Below, piece by piece: positions 45,596-58,042 of a stretch of DNA of 64,000 bases (position 1 is its first letter; each line of letters begins with the position of its first letter). Origin of the DNA: an uncultured Methanosarcinales archaeon (lineage in GTDB: Archaea; Nanobdellota; Nanobdellia; Woesearchaeales; CAXGTL01); NCBI GenBank assembly GCA_964535955.1, contig CAZHVK010000004.1, positions 6,222 to 70,221 on the forward strand, given 5' to 3'. Made by a program: the position numbers and the translations under genes. The notes under the pieces are model-generated. The model searched no databases. It was not told the DNA's origin and saw only the letters and a program-made list of their open reading frames with translations.

Positions 45596-48076
45596 TTATT
45601 TTCCTCTACTATTCAGATCATCAATAAGGTCTACTTCATCTGGAAATTGATCTATATGTGTGTGTTTAGTAGAATCACCACCTAATAATGCGTCAAGTGG
45701 ATCTTGATCATCAATACCAAACAATTGATTCAATTTAGCTTCTTCATCTTGTGTATCTTGTTTTTTGTCTTGTTGTTCTTTTTTATCCAAACCAAAATAA
45801 TGATCTATCTTTTCTTGTGATGGTATATAATCAATTTCTTCTCCAGGCTCTCCTCCAGAAGCTTGAGCCAATTCTTCATTTATTTGATCAATTTCATCCG
45901 GTGTGTATTCTTCTTGTTTTGTTTCTGGCAAATACATTTCAGCTTCTTGTTCTAAGAGTTTTGTCATGCTTTGTTCTTTTTTATCTTCTATTTTCTTATC
46001 TCTTTGTCTTTGTTCAATTAGTTCTTGTGATAATGATTTATCTTTTATTATTGTTGCTGATTGTCTTTTCTTTATTATTAGACCACCCCTTCTCTTGTTT
46101 TCTCTTTCCTCTTCTTCATGCACTGCTTTACTTGACTCAGCAAACTGTTGAAGCAAACTTTGAAAATCATCATCACCATCATCCTCTTCTTCTCTTGCTA
46201 AAAGATTCCCAAAAGGAGAAGAACCTGGACTAAGACAAATAGAATGCAGATCATCTCCATAATCTTCATCATCACAAAAAACACTACTCAAAAAAATACC
46301 ACAAGGATCCATTTTTCCTGGTTCTGTTAATTGATCATCATCTAAACCAGACCCTCCAGACAACATATTTAAAAATTCATCTTCTTCATCAAGAGTAGGA
46401 AATTGTATTCCCTGCGGTTCATCATCACCACCATCATTCCCTTTAACCAATTTTTTATACTGATGCAGATCTTTTCTTAATGCATCCATTTTGTTCATTA
46501 TCTTCCTACTTAAGTGATTTTTTGCATTAATTTTCTTTAATTCACTTAATTCTTTACTCATCTTGTCTACATAATCAAACAAATTACTTTCTTTTGAAGT
46601 TACTCTAAAGCCAAAATTTTCATCAATAACAACTAATTCTCCTCTGTACAAAAGATTGTTTCCACACTTCACTAGAATACTTTGTCCAGCAAGTTGTTCT
46701 AATTTGAATTCAGAACCAATCTCTAGTTGTGAAGCTTGTTTTGAAGTCATATAAGTATGTCCAATTATTGCTCTTAATTCTGTACAAACTGAATTAATCC
46801 TGTCAACTGGTCTTAATTTATGGTCTCTGTCTCTAAAATTGACTATTTTTACTTTAAAATATTCATCTTCAACACCAAGCCTGCATTTACCAAGATACAG
46901 ACCACCTGCATAAATATCAAACTCTTCACCACACAATGTATCTAGTTCAATTACTGCTCCTGTACTAATCTCTTGAAGATCTTGCACAGGTCTTTCACTT
47001 CTTCCTGCTTCTATTTCTATTTTTAATGCTTGGCTACCAAATATTTCTTTATTTATCTTTGTCTTGGTCTCTCTACCATAAAACTTCTTTAAAAAAGGAT
47101 GTATTGGAAAACTCACATTTACAATTCCTTCTCTACAATCTGCTTTTTTAAAATATTCATTTGTTTTTTGTTTAAAGTATTCAATTTTGTCACTAAAAGT
47201 TAATTGTTTTCCTTCTTCATCGCTTTGCCTAATTCTATGTATACCATCACCTAATTTTTCTAAGAATATTCTTTCAATATGGGCAATAGTATCATAATCT
47301 TCCTTGATTTTATCCCAATTTTCTCTAAACACTTTTACAAACTGACAATTCAGCTCATATTCATCATCATCAAAACCAATTCCAACAAGAACCTTATCAA
47401 TATCATCATAATCATCAATCCCTTCTGCAGTTAATTTATCAAAATAATCAATACCAGAAGAATAATTAGTATGACACTGAAACTCATATGTCAATAATAA
47501 GACCATATCATTAGGATTATGTATCACCATCTTAGGATCTGTAAATAATTCAGACATTGTTACTTTTTCTTCTAATTTTATATTCTTAACCAATGTTTCT
47601 AAAAATGTTTTACATGTTTCTGATAATTTAGAATGCATATTTTCTAATCTTTTTGCACTTGTTTTTTCATCAAATGCATATAATGGTGAAAATGTATTTA
47701 CTAATCCTGCATTGAATTCTAAATAACCAGCATATTCTCCAATCTTAAATTCTTGTAGATAAGTAGGATTATTGATACTTCTTATAAATTCTTCATGTGT
47801 GATCTGATCAACACTTACTATGTCTAATCTAGAGACATAGACATTACTATGCTTATTTCTAAATTCTTTTAACATCTCTTTTTCAAAATATTCTCTACTC
47901 TTATTTGATAAATAATCAGATTGTCTTTTTGTAAAAAAATCAGGTCTTTTATAATCATAGATCTTTATTTTTCTATGTTTTACATCTTCTTTCATTTCTT
48001 CATCAGTCTTAAGATCACCTGTCTCAATTGCACTTAACAAAGCATCTATCTCATCTTGACATAGAATTTCAACCAT
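45596..48076 (-). CDS. FliM/FliY-like switch protein: CheY-binding N-terminal peptide plus two FliN/SpoA domains and a long acidic tail
   Basis: N-terminus MVEILCQDEIDALLSAIETGD matches the bacterial FliM/FliY LSQ(D/E)EIDALL peptide. SpoA domains: AVIELDTLCGEEFDIYAGGLYLGKCRLG and LEQLAGQSILVKCGNNLLYRGELVVIDENFGFRVT (compare T. maritima FliN ARGEVVVVDENFGVRIT). Confidence 0.7.
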   Translation of the reverse strand: MVEILCQDEIDALLSAIETGDLKTDEEMKEDVKHRKIKIYDYKRPDFFTKRQSDYLSNKSREYFEKEMLKEFRNKHSNVYVSRLDIVSVDQITHEEFIRSINNPTYLQEFKIGEYAGYLEFNAGLVNTFSPLYAFDEKTSAKRLENMHSKLSETCKTFLETLVKNIKLEEKVTMSELFTDPKMVIHNPNDMVLLLTYEFQCHTNYSSGIDYFDKLTAEGIDDYDDIDKVLVGIGFDDDEYELNCQFVKVFRENWDKIKEDYDTIAHIERIFLEKLGDGIHRIRQSDEEGKQLTFSDKIEYFKQKTNEYFKKADCREGIVNVSFPIHPFLKKFYGRETKTKINKEIFGSQALKIEIEAGRSERPVQDLQEISTGAVIELDTLCGEEFDIYAGGLYLGKCRLGVEDEYFKVKIVNFRDRDHKLRPVDRINSVCTELRAIIGHTYMTSKQASQLEIGSEFKLEQLAGQSILVKCGNNLLYRGELVVIDENFGFRVTSKESNLFDYVDKMSKELSELKKINAKNHLSRKIMNKMDALRKDLHQYKKLVKGNDGGDDEPQGIQFPTLDEEDEFLNMLSGGSGLDDDQLTEPGKMDPCGIFLSSVFCDDEDYGDDLHSICLSPGSSPFGNLLAREEEDDGDDDFQSLLQQFAESSKAVHEEEERENKRRGGLIIKKRQSATIIKDKSLSQELIEQRQRDKKIEDKKEQSMTKLLEQEAEMYLPETKQEEYTPDEIDQINEELAQASGGEPGEEIDYIPSQEKIDHYFGLDKKEQQDKKQDTQDEEAKLNQLFGIDDQDPLDALLGGDSTKHTHIDQFPDEVDLIDDLNSRGK

Positions 48077-48256
48077 TATTATCCCCTCACCTAAATATTT
48101 AGTATTTGTTTATTATGTTAATATTTTAATATATTAAATTCTTATTGTAATATATAATATTACTATGTTGACATATATAATTATTATATCTCTATATAGA
48201 TGTATATTCTAACCACTTTTAAAAGAATTATTATACTCTAGAATATATATAAAACA

Positions 48257-49663
48257 TCAAACAACCTTTCTCTTCTCAATATAGAAAATAGATAGATAAA
48301 CAGGCACAACTACTAAAACCAAAACAATTGCCATTACAGCAAACAACACCTGCAATGACATCAAACCCATAAAACTACCAAACTCAGCAACCAATGCACC
48401 TAATGGAACAAACACAACATAAGCCAAAACCATTAACAAAGTATAGCCTTGGAAATACCAATGACGCAATTCTGGTTCAATATTATTACTAAGTAATAAA
48501 CCAGTTGTTAAACCTATCATTGATCCACCTATAACAGAACAAACAATTGCCATTGAGATGTTGATTATTCCTGGTTTTAACCACATTGTCAAAGGAAGAA
48601 TAGCAATCAACATTGTACCAAACACAAGCGCAGGTATATTACCATATTGTTTAGATAATGCTTTTGCCATGTAGGTGGAAAAAAGAGAAGTGATTATAGG
48701 AACAGAAAACATTATAGCAACATTTAAAAAACCATTAAATGCTATATTTGTAAAGTATTGATAAATAAAAACACCATAATAGGTTATACCAATTGTTTGA
48801 ATAACACCAGTTATGGCTGTACCAATAGCAAGCATCATAACAACTTTATTCTTAAAAATTTGTCCTGACATTTTTCTTATAGATCTGAGTCTTTGTTTTA
48901 TCAATATAAATATTGATGTTGTTTCAATTTGCATCTTTGTTTCCATCAAATTTAATAAAATAAATACAGATATTAACAAACACAATCCAGCTGCACCAAA
49001 CACAATCAACACAATAATATTATTAGCATAATTAAATGCATTATACTTATTTAAGAAAAATCCGCTTAAGACCAGTCCAATCACAACAAAGAACAAACTA
49101 TATCCTCCAATCTTTGTCAATAATAAACTATCTGTTTTTTCTTCTGATTTTTTTCCAAAAGCAATGCTATAAATTTCGCCAATCAAAACATTGCCTAATG
49201 CTAATAATAATACACAAATGATTATAAGCCAGCTTAACTCATAAAATAAACCAACACCTATCAAACCAAGACAAAGTGCCATCATAATTCCTGTTATAAG
49301 AATCATTGTTTTACTAATCTTTTTTTTTTTAAACAAATCTTGTAAAAACATTGAAAACAACAAACTTAATATAACAGACAGTCCAACAGTAACACCTAAT
49401 ATAAAATACGAACTAGTCAATAAAAACAAAAATATATAGATAAATTGATCATTCCCAAACCCAGATGATAGTTTAAAAAACAATTCCCTTGTAAAAAACT
49501 TTTCAACAATATAAGACTTAGTGCTTATTCCAGTTTGTTTTTTAATAATCTTATCTACATCAGACTCAAGAAATCCTTTAGACAAAACCTCATATTTAAT
49601 TACTTCTGGTTTTGCTTTTTCAGATAACCTCTTTTTTATATACTCTTTAATATCTTCTGGCAT
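48257..49663 (-). CDS. Polytopic membrane transporter (MFS-like, about 12 TM) with cytoplasmic N-terminal extension
   Basis: Hydrophobicity pattern; no specific signature recognised. Confidence 0.55.
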   Translation of the reverse strand: MPEDIKEYIKKRLSEKAKPEVIKYEVLSKGFLESDVDKIIKKQTGISTKSYIVEKFFTRELFFKLSSGFGNDQFIYIFLFLLTSSYFILGVTVGLSVILSLLFSMFLQDLFKKKKISKTMILITGIMMALCLGLIGVGLFYELSWLIIICVLLLALGNVLIGEIYSIAFGKKSEEKTDSLLLTKIGGYSLFFVVIGLVLSGFFLNKYNAFNYANNIIVLIVFGAAGLCLLISVFILLNLMETKMQIETTSIFILIKQRLRSIRKMSGQIFKNKVVMMLAIGTAITGVIQTIGITYYGVFIYQYFTNIAFNGFLNVAIMFSVPIITSLFSTYMAKALSKQYGNIPALVFGTMLIAILPLTMWLKPGIINISMAIVCSVIGGSMIGLTTGLLLSNNIEPELRHWYFQGYTLLMVLAYVVFVPLGALVAEFGSFMGLMSLQVLFAVMAIVLVLVVVPVYLSIFYIEKRKVV

Positions 49664-49713
49664 ATGTTTATTTAATATTATTAGTATATATAAATGTTAC
49701 TATGGTGTGTAGT

Positions 49714-49823
49714 ATGTGTATGGTGTCTGTAAGACTAGTGAGTACCCACATAAATCGTAAGACTACTTGGGCTTTCAATACAATCAGAATAATACATTGA
49801 AAGTACGAACGAACCATACACAT
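49714..49823 (+). ncRNA. Structured repeat element copy 3 (110 nt, 5'-truncated variant)
   Basis: Closing helix atgtgtatgg/ccatacacat (two C-G to T-A compensatory pairs relative to copies 1 and 2); retains gtaagactagtgag, hairpin ctttcaat/attgaaag and gtacgaacgaacc. Confidence 0.4.
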
Positions 49824-49933
49824 ACTGTGTATACATATAATAAATACATGTAGAAACATTTAAATAAAACCTAAAGCCTAAACAAACAATAACAATATAA
49901 AATCATTATAAAACCAACAAAAGGTGATAAACT

Positions 49934-50482
49934 ATGTCAAATCAAGAAACATGTATATATTCAATATTAGCAATTATCTTTGCATTTGTATTATCCCCTC
50001 TAGGATTAGTATTTGGAATAATGGCTTTGGTTAAGATTCATAAAGATCCCAATTTAAAGGGAAAAGTGTTAGCAATCATTGCATTATTTATTGCTGTATG
50101 GGGTTGTTTTGTATGGTTTAGTTTGTTAGGTTCTTTGCTTTATTACGGAGTTCTGGACACAGATGTCTTTATACCTGAAAAATGTATTCTTGGGCCTGCT
50201 GGTAATATTGAATGCACTGAACCAGATTTAACTTCAGACGGAAGTTTATTGATCACATTAAAAAACACAGGTGGAATAGACTTAGAATCAGCAACACTAA
50301 GTATAGATGGTAAAGATTGTTCACCAAAAGACTTTGATTTTAAACACAATGAAGAACAGACATTTAACTGCCATGTTGAACCAGGAGAAACAGATCAAAT
50401 GGGTAAATTCAGCATGTCATTATTGTATGGAAAAGGAATAAAGAAATCAATGAGAGGCGATTTGGTAGCAACTTATAATTGA
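49934..50482 (+). CDS. Membrane protein (2 TM) with C-terminal extracellular domain, hypothetical
   Basis: Two hydrophobic helices then a Cys-containing soluble domain. Confidence 0.5.
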   Translation: MSNQETCIYSILAIIFAFVLSPLGLVFGIMALVKIHKDPNLKGKVLAIIALFIAVWGCFVWFSLLGSLLYYGVLDTDVFIPEKCILGPAGNIECTEPDLTSDGSLLITLKNTGGIDLESATLSIDGKDCSPKDFDFKHNEEQTFNCHVEPGETDQMGKFSMSLLYGKGIKKSMRGDLVATYN

Positions 50483-50527
50483 TTTTGTTTTTTTTATTTT
50501 TATTATTTGTTTTTGTTATGTTTTTTC

Positions 50528-53782
<3,255 letters not shown>

Positions 53783-54082
53783 TCAAACTTTCATCTGCCA
53801 TTTTCAATTAAATAAGTATCTCGCAAAACACAACCCCGTCGAGAATCATATAAATATGGAGTACTCAATCCTTTATAAACTTATCGTTGCTAAAATGCCT
53901 TCACAAGCCCTCTAATGCTGGGATTCAAGCATTTAAGGGGTTTGGAATGGTCTTATTTTGAACATTTAATCCCTATTGAGTGACAAACCAATCAAAACCT
54001 TTAAATACTGATAAAAATCTCCATTCATATAGTAAAAAAGAGGTTCTATAGTAAGTTGTAATATGTAAGGAGGTAAAGTAAA

Positions 54083-54352
54083 ATGACTTCAAGAGGAGGA
54101 TTATATGCAATGGTTTTTGTTACTATGTTAGCTTCAATGTCATCTTGTGCAAGAACTTGTGATATAAAAGATGATGTAAAAAGAGTTCAACATGAACTAA
54201 GAGCTGTCAAAGACTTACAAGTAGCACAAGCATTATCAGGATCAACATTAGAAGTGACTACTTTGAGAGAAGTGGAACAAAGAGGAGAATACAAACCAGA
54301 ACCATTTATTGTAATAGGATCAAAAGGCGGAAAAGAGTATACATATCCTTAA
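54083..54352 (+). CDS. Small secreted/lipoprotein-like protein (89 aa)
   Basis: Signal-peptide-like MVFVTMLASMSSCA then a charged domain; RBS AAGGAGGT upstream. Confidence 0.45.
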   Translation: MTSRGGLYAMVFVTMLASMSSCARTCDIKDDVKRVQHELRAVKDLQVAQALSGSTLEVTTLREVEQRGEYKPEPFIVIGSKGGKEYTYP

Positions 54353-54481
54353 TTTTTTTATTTTGTCAAAAACAAACAAAATCAAAGAAAACTTTATATA
54401 TATTAAACAACCTCTCTATGAATACAAAAAGAGTATTCTAGATAGACATTATTCATAATCAAGACACAGGGGTGTTTTCAA

Positions 54482-56707
54482 TTGAACACAGAATCTATTG
54501 AAATACAAAATAAGAGCAAAGCATTACGAGAATCTCATGGCTTAGAATGGCTTGCTTTTAATCTATCAAAAGAACAACCTGATATAGAACAAAGACTTTC
54601 TCATTTAGACAATGATCCTGAAATAGACATAATAGAAGCATTGGTTGACAGTGGTTATGAACCAATTCTTGAGCCATTTCCAGGAAGCGGAAAGATGAAG
54701 GATTGTTATTTTGTATATCAGGATAAGAATAAAAAGCACAAAAGAGTTGCTGTTATTGATAAACCATTAAAAGATCTTTCTGAAAAATCAAGAAAAAACA
54801 AACAAAAAGGAAATGATGTTGAAAACGAAGGAAATATCTTAAGAAATATTTCAGATCGTAAAGAACATTATATAATTGATTATTATCACAAGATAAAACT
54901 TTCAGATGGCCGTTATATGCATATTATTGAATATTTTCCAGGAGAGCCACTGTTTGATTATGTGAAGAAAAATGGTCCTTTTTCAGCAAAAGGATTTGAA
55001 CAAGTTGCAGACAAACTATTAGTAGCTATAAGTCATGTTTATAATGATGGATATCTGCATAGAGACACTCACACAGGAAATATATTAGTTAGAGAAGATA
55101 AAGATGGATTTGATGCAAGATTAATAGATTTTGGAAATGCATCTGACAAAGAATCTTTAGAACAAAGGCTTTGTAATTCAACAGCAATGTCTTCAATAAT
55201 AGCAATGCCTATTGTTGATCCTTTTACAATCAGTGGTTTAACATCAGAACCAATCAAATATTCTGTTGCATCTGAGCTTTATGCACTAGGTACTGGATTA
55301 TACTATGCTTTAACAGGCAAAGATATTTTTTATTTTAATAAACAAACAGGAGAAGCAAGAGTAAGAAAAACAGATAAAAACTTATTAGATGAAAATGGAT
55401 TGCTTGATATTGAACTTTATGAACAAGAACTTGCTAATGCTTTAGATGATTTACCCAAAGAAGTAAGAAAATATTCAGAAATCTTGTACAAATTATTAAG
55501 TCTAGAAAGCAGGATGGAGAATCCTGAGGAAAATGCTTTTTACAAATCTGTGGATAAGAACAAAGAAAGTATAAACCCTTTTGAAACTCTTATACAGGAA
55601 TATAATGAGATTAAAGATTATGATCCAGATAAATTACAACAAGTATTAGGCAGTGCAATTGATAATACTCATAAATTACAAGATCTTTTAGATCAAAGAA
55701 AACAGATAATCAATAAAGGCAAAGAAAAGAAGTCATTCTTTAGCAGAATCTTAGGTAACAAGTATGCACTTGCAGCAGGAGCAATTGGTTTGATTGGTTT
55801 GCTTGTGTTTGGAAAGGATTATTTAAAGAAAGACAGCCTAGTTTTTGACCACCCGCCTATTGCAGAGGCTTCACAAACAATAACAGAACCAGCAACAGAA
55901 CAGGAAAACAGACCTATAATAGAAGAAAAACAACCAGCACAAGAACAAGAAGAATCAACATTAGAACAAACATTAAATGATCATTATGGTTTACAAGCAA
56001 TGAAACAAAATATTAAAAAACATGCTTATGTTAATACTGGAAAAGGTGATTGGAAATATGTAGATGTTCATAATGGTCTGGATCGTTATCAAGATACAAG
56101 AAATGGCACAATAGTTTTACTTAGTAAGTTTGGTATTGTAGATGATTTTTTCTTTCCAACTGCTGTAAATGAAATAATAACAGATGCTTATATGCATTTG
56201 GATGATCATTCTTGGAGACATGTAGGTAATATACATTTTGAAGAACACGGAAATCTAAACCGTTACCAACATAAGAAAACTGGTAATGTAGTATGTATAA
56301 ATAAACTTGGAATTATAAGAGAATATTTTATTCCAACAGCTGTTGATGAAATAGAATATGATGCTTATATTGATACTAGCAAATCCAGTCATTGGAGATA
56401 TGTAGACAAAATATATTTTGAAGAACATGGCAATTTAGACCGTTATCAAGACAAGGACAATGGTTCTGTAATTTGTATAAATAAACTTGATATTGTAAAA
56501 GAATATTTTATTCCAACAGGTTTTAATGATATAAAATATGATGCTTATATGTGTCTTGACTCTAATGATTGGAAGAATTTGGGTAAGATACAAAGTGAAA
56601 AGCATGGCACTCTAAACCGTTATCAGAATAAAGAAACAGGTACAATAGTCTGTATAAATAGACTTAGCATTTTAAAGGATTTCTTTATACCAACAAGTGT
56701 GAATTAA
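54482..56707 (+). CDS. Hanks-type Ser/Thr protein kinase, TM segment, and four tandem ~58-aa C-terminal repeats
   Basis: Kinase motifs RVAVIDKP (VAIK-like), HRDTHTGNILV (catalytic loop), LIDFGNA (DFG). TM helix ALAAGAIGLIGLLVFG. Repeats contain H-x-G-x-L-x-R-Y-Q and (E/D)(Y/F)F(I/F)PT motifs. TTG start at 54482 with RBS AGGGGTG. Confidence 0.7.
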   Translation: MNTESIEIQNKSKALRESHGLEWLAFNLSKEQPDIEQRLSHLDNDPEIDIIEALVDSGYEPILEPFPGSGKMKDCYFVYQDKNKKHKRVAVIDKPLKDLSEKSRKNKQKGNDVENEGNILRNISDRKEHYIIDYYHKIKLSDGRYMHIIEYFPGEPLFDYVKKNGPFSAKGFEQVADKLLVAISHVYNDGYLHRDTHTGNILVREDKDGFDARLIDFGNASDKESLEQRLCNSTAMSSIIAMPIVDPFTISGLTSEPIKYSVASELYALGTGLYYALTGKDIFYFNKQTGEARVRKTDKNLLDENGLLDIELYEQELANALDDLPKEVRKYSEILYKLLSLESRMENPEENAFYKSVDKNKESINPFETLIQEYNEIKDYDPDKLQQVLGSAIDNTHKLQDLLDQRKQIINKGKEKKSFFSRILGNKYALAAGAIGLIGLLVFGKDYLKKDSLVFDHPPIAEASQTITEPATEQENRPIIEEKQPAQEQEESTLEQTLNDHYGLQAMKQNIKKHAYVNTGKGDWKYVDVHNGLDRYQDTRNGTIVLLSKFGIVDDFFFPTAVNEIITDAYMHLDDHSWRHVGNIHFEEHGNLNRYQHKKTGNVVCINKLGIIREYFIPTAVDEIEYDAYIDTSKSSHWRYVDKIYFEEHGNLDRYQDKDNGSVICINKLDIVKEYFIPTGFNDIKYDAYMCLDSNDWKNLGKIQSEKHGTLNRYQNKETGTIVCINRLSILKDFFIPTSVN

Positions 56708-57621
56708 CTCTTTATAATACCAATCAAACTACCACTGCAGTGATAAAACATTCTTATAACATTTATCAAATAATGAATTACTTGTTTTTCATTATCTTTT
56801 TTAGAATCCAGACATTTCATGCCTAACTTGAATGCAAATTTATTCTCAATACTGTGTATGTCCTGCACAATGTTTGTGTCTTTTGTAACATATAATTTAT
56901 GCAATTTGTCTAATTCTTCTTTTGCAGCACTTAAAAACTTTTTAATATCTTTGTTCATATTTATTTTCCTGTCATGAACATGATTATTAAGAAACCCAAG
57001 ATTTCTTCCTGCAAGTGTGATATGTGACAAAAACAACCAATAAATAGGTGCTAGTTTGGTAGAAAATAAACCTTTTGAAATACACCTTCTCAGGAAATTA
57101 GCATATTTATGAACACTCCTAACAAGTTCTTCTACTTCTCTGAATTCTTGTTTATTTCTTTTTATGATGTTTTTTTCTAAGATTCTCATTATCTCTTTTA
57201 AAATAAAAAACTCTTTATTGATTATGTTATTAAAATTATCAATGCTTGGTTCTGTTATTGATTCTATAACATATTCCTTATCAGAACGGGATCTTACATC
57301 AAAACCAATGATTGCTGTTTCAACAATCTTTTTCACTGTCTTTATTACATTTTTATTTTCAAACCTGATCGTGATCTTGTCATATCCTTGTCTATAAAGG
57401 TTTGCAATAAACCTGCTGATCAAGCTTTTCTCAGCAATTGGTATGTCTATCACTATTTCTTGTTTTTGTTTCTTTTTTTTTGAATCTATTATTAATTTAT
57501 TATGTTCTTCATCAACCTCTACTTCATCTCCTGCTTTTAAACCAATCTTATCAATCCACTTCTTTGGAACATAGATTGTTAAGCCTCCTCCTCCGCCTTG
57601 TCTTATTAATTTTCTTTTCAT
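56704..57621 (-). CDS. AbrB/SpoVT-PhoU-like regulator (paralog of 3657..4604)
   Basis: N-terminus GLTIYVPKKWIDKIGLKAGDEVEVDEE parallels SYVISLPKKWIERNKLDKGDTIFIEE; helical C-terminal domain. Confidence 0.6.
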   Translation of the reverse strand: MKRKLIRQGGGGGLTIYVPKKWIDKIGLKAGDEVEVDEEHNKLIIDSKKKKQKQEIVIDIPIAEKSLISRFIANLYRQGYDKITIRFENKNVIKTVKKIVETAIIGFDVRSRSDKEYVIESITEPSIDNFNNIINKEFFILKEIMRILEKNIIKRNKQEFREVEELVRSVHKYANFLRRCISKGLFSTKLAPIYWLFLSHITLAGRNLGFLNNHVHDRKINMNKDIKKFLSAAKEELDKLHKLYVTKDTNIVQDIHSIENKFAFKLGMKCLDSKKDNEKQVIHYLINVIRMFYHCSGSLIGIIKS

Positions 57622-57794
57622 ATTCTATGTGGTAAGTAACACTCATTTATATATTTTTCGATTTTCATATCTATCATATCTTTCATATCACAAAGATATT
57701 AATACTCCCTTTACCTTCCTTTTTACTAGATAGATGTGATCAATCACCCCTAAAAAAAAGAGTTCTTGATAGATTATTATTAGGAGGAACAAAA

Positions 57795-57998
57795 ATGAAA
57801 CCAAAACCAACAGGTATGAAAAAGATTGTGATGTGTGCAATAGGAGCATATGCATTAACTAGATTTATGTGTCCTTATTTTGAGATTTTTCCTAATTTTG
57901 ATTATGATAAAAAAACAAAAGTATACCAAACAAAACAAGCACAGGACACGGTTGATAAGCCATTATGTGGCATTACAACTGAATATGACAGAGGCTAA
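57795..57998 (+). CDS. Small Cys-containing protein (67 aa), hypothetical
   Basis: ORF with RBS GGAGGAAC upstream. Confidence 0.35.
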   Translation: MKPKPTGMKKIVMCAIGAYALTRFMCPYFEIFPNFDYDKKTKVYQTKQAQDTVDKPLCGITTEYDRG

Positions 57999-58042
57999 AA
58001 AATGAATAATCAAGAAAAGATAACCAAGGAGGCTGAAACAAA

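Noticed and set aside
53820-54000. Possible tRNA in the GC-richer spacer upstream of gyrB.
   Set aside because: No cloverleaf could be drawn on either strand: no acceptor stem or T-loop GTTCGAATC-like motif. It is only a local hairpin.
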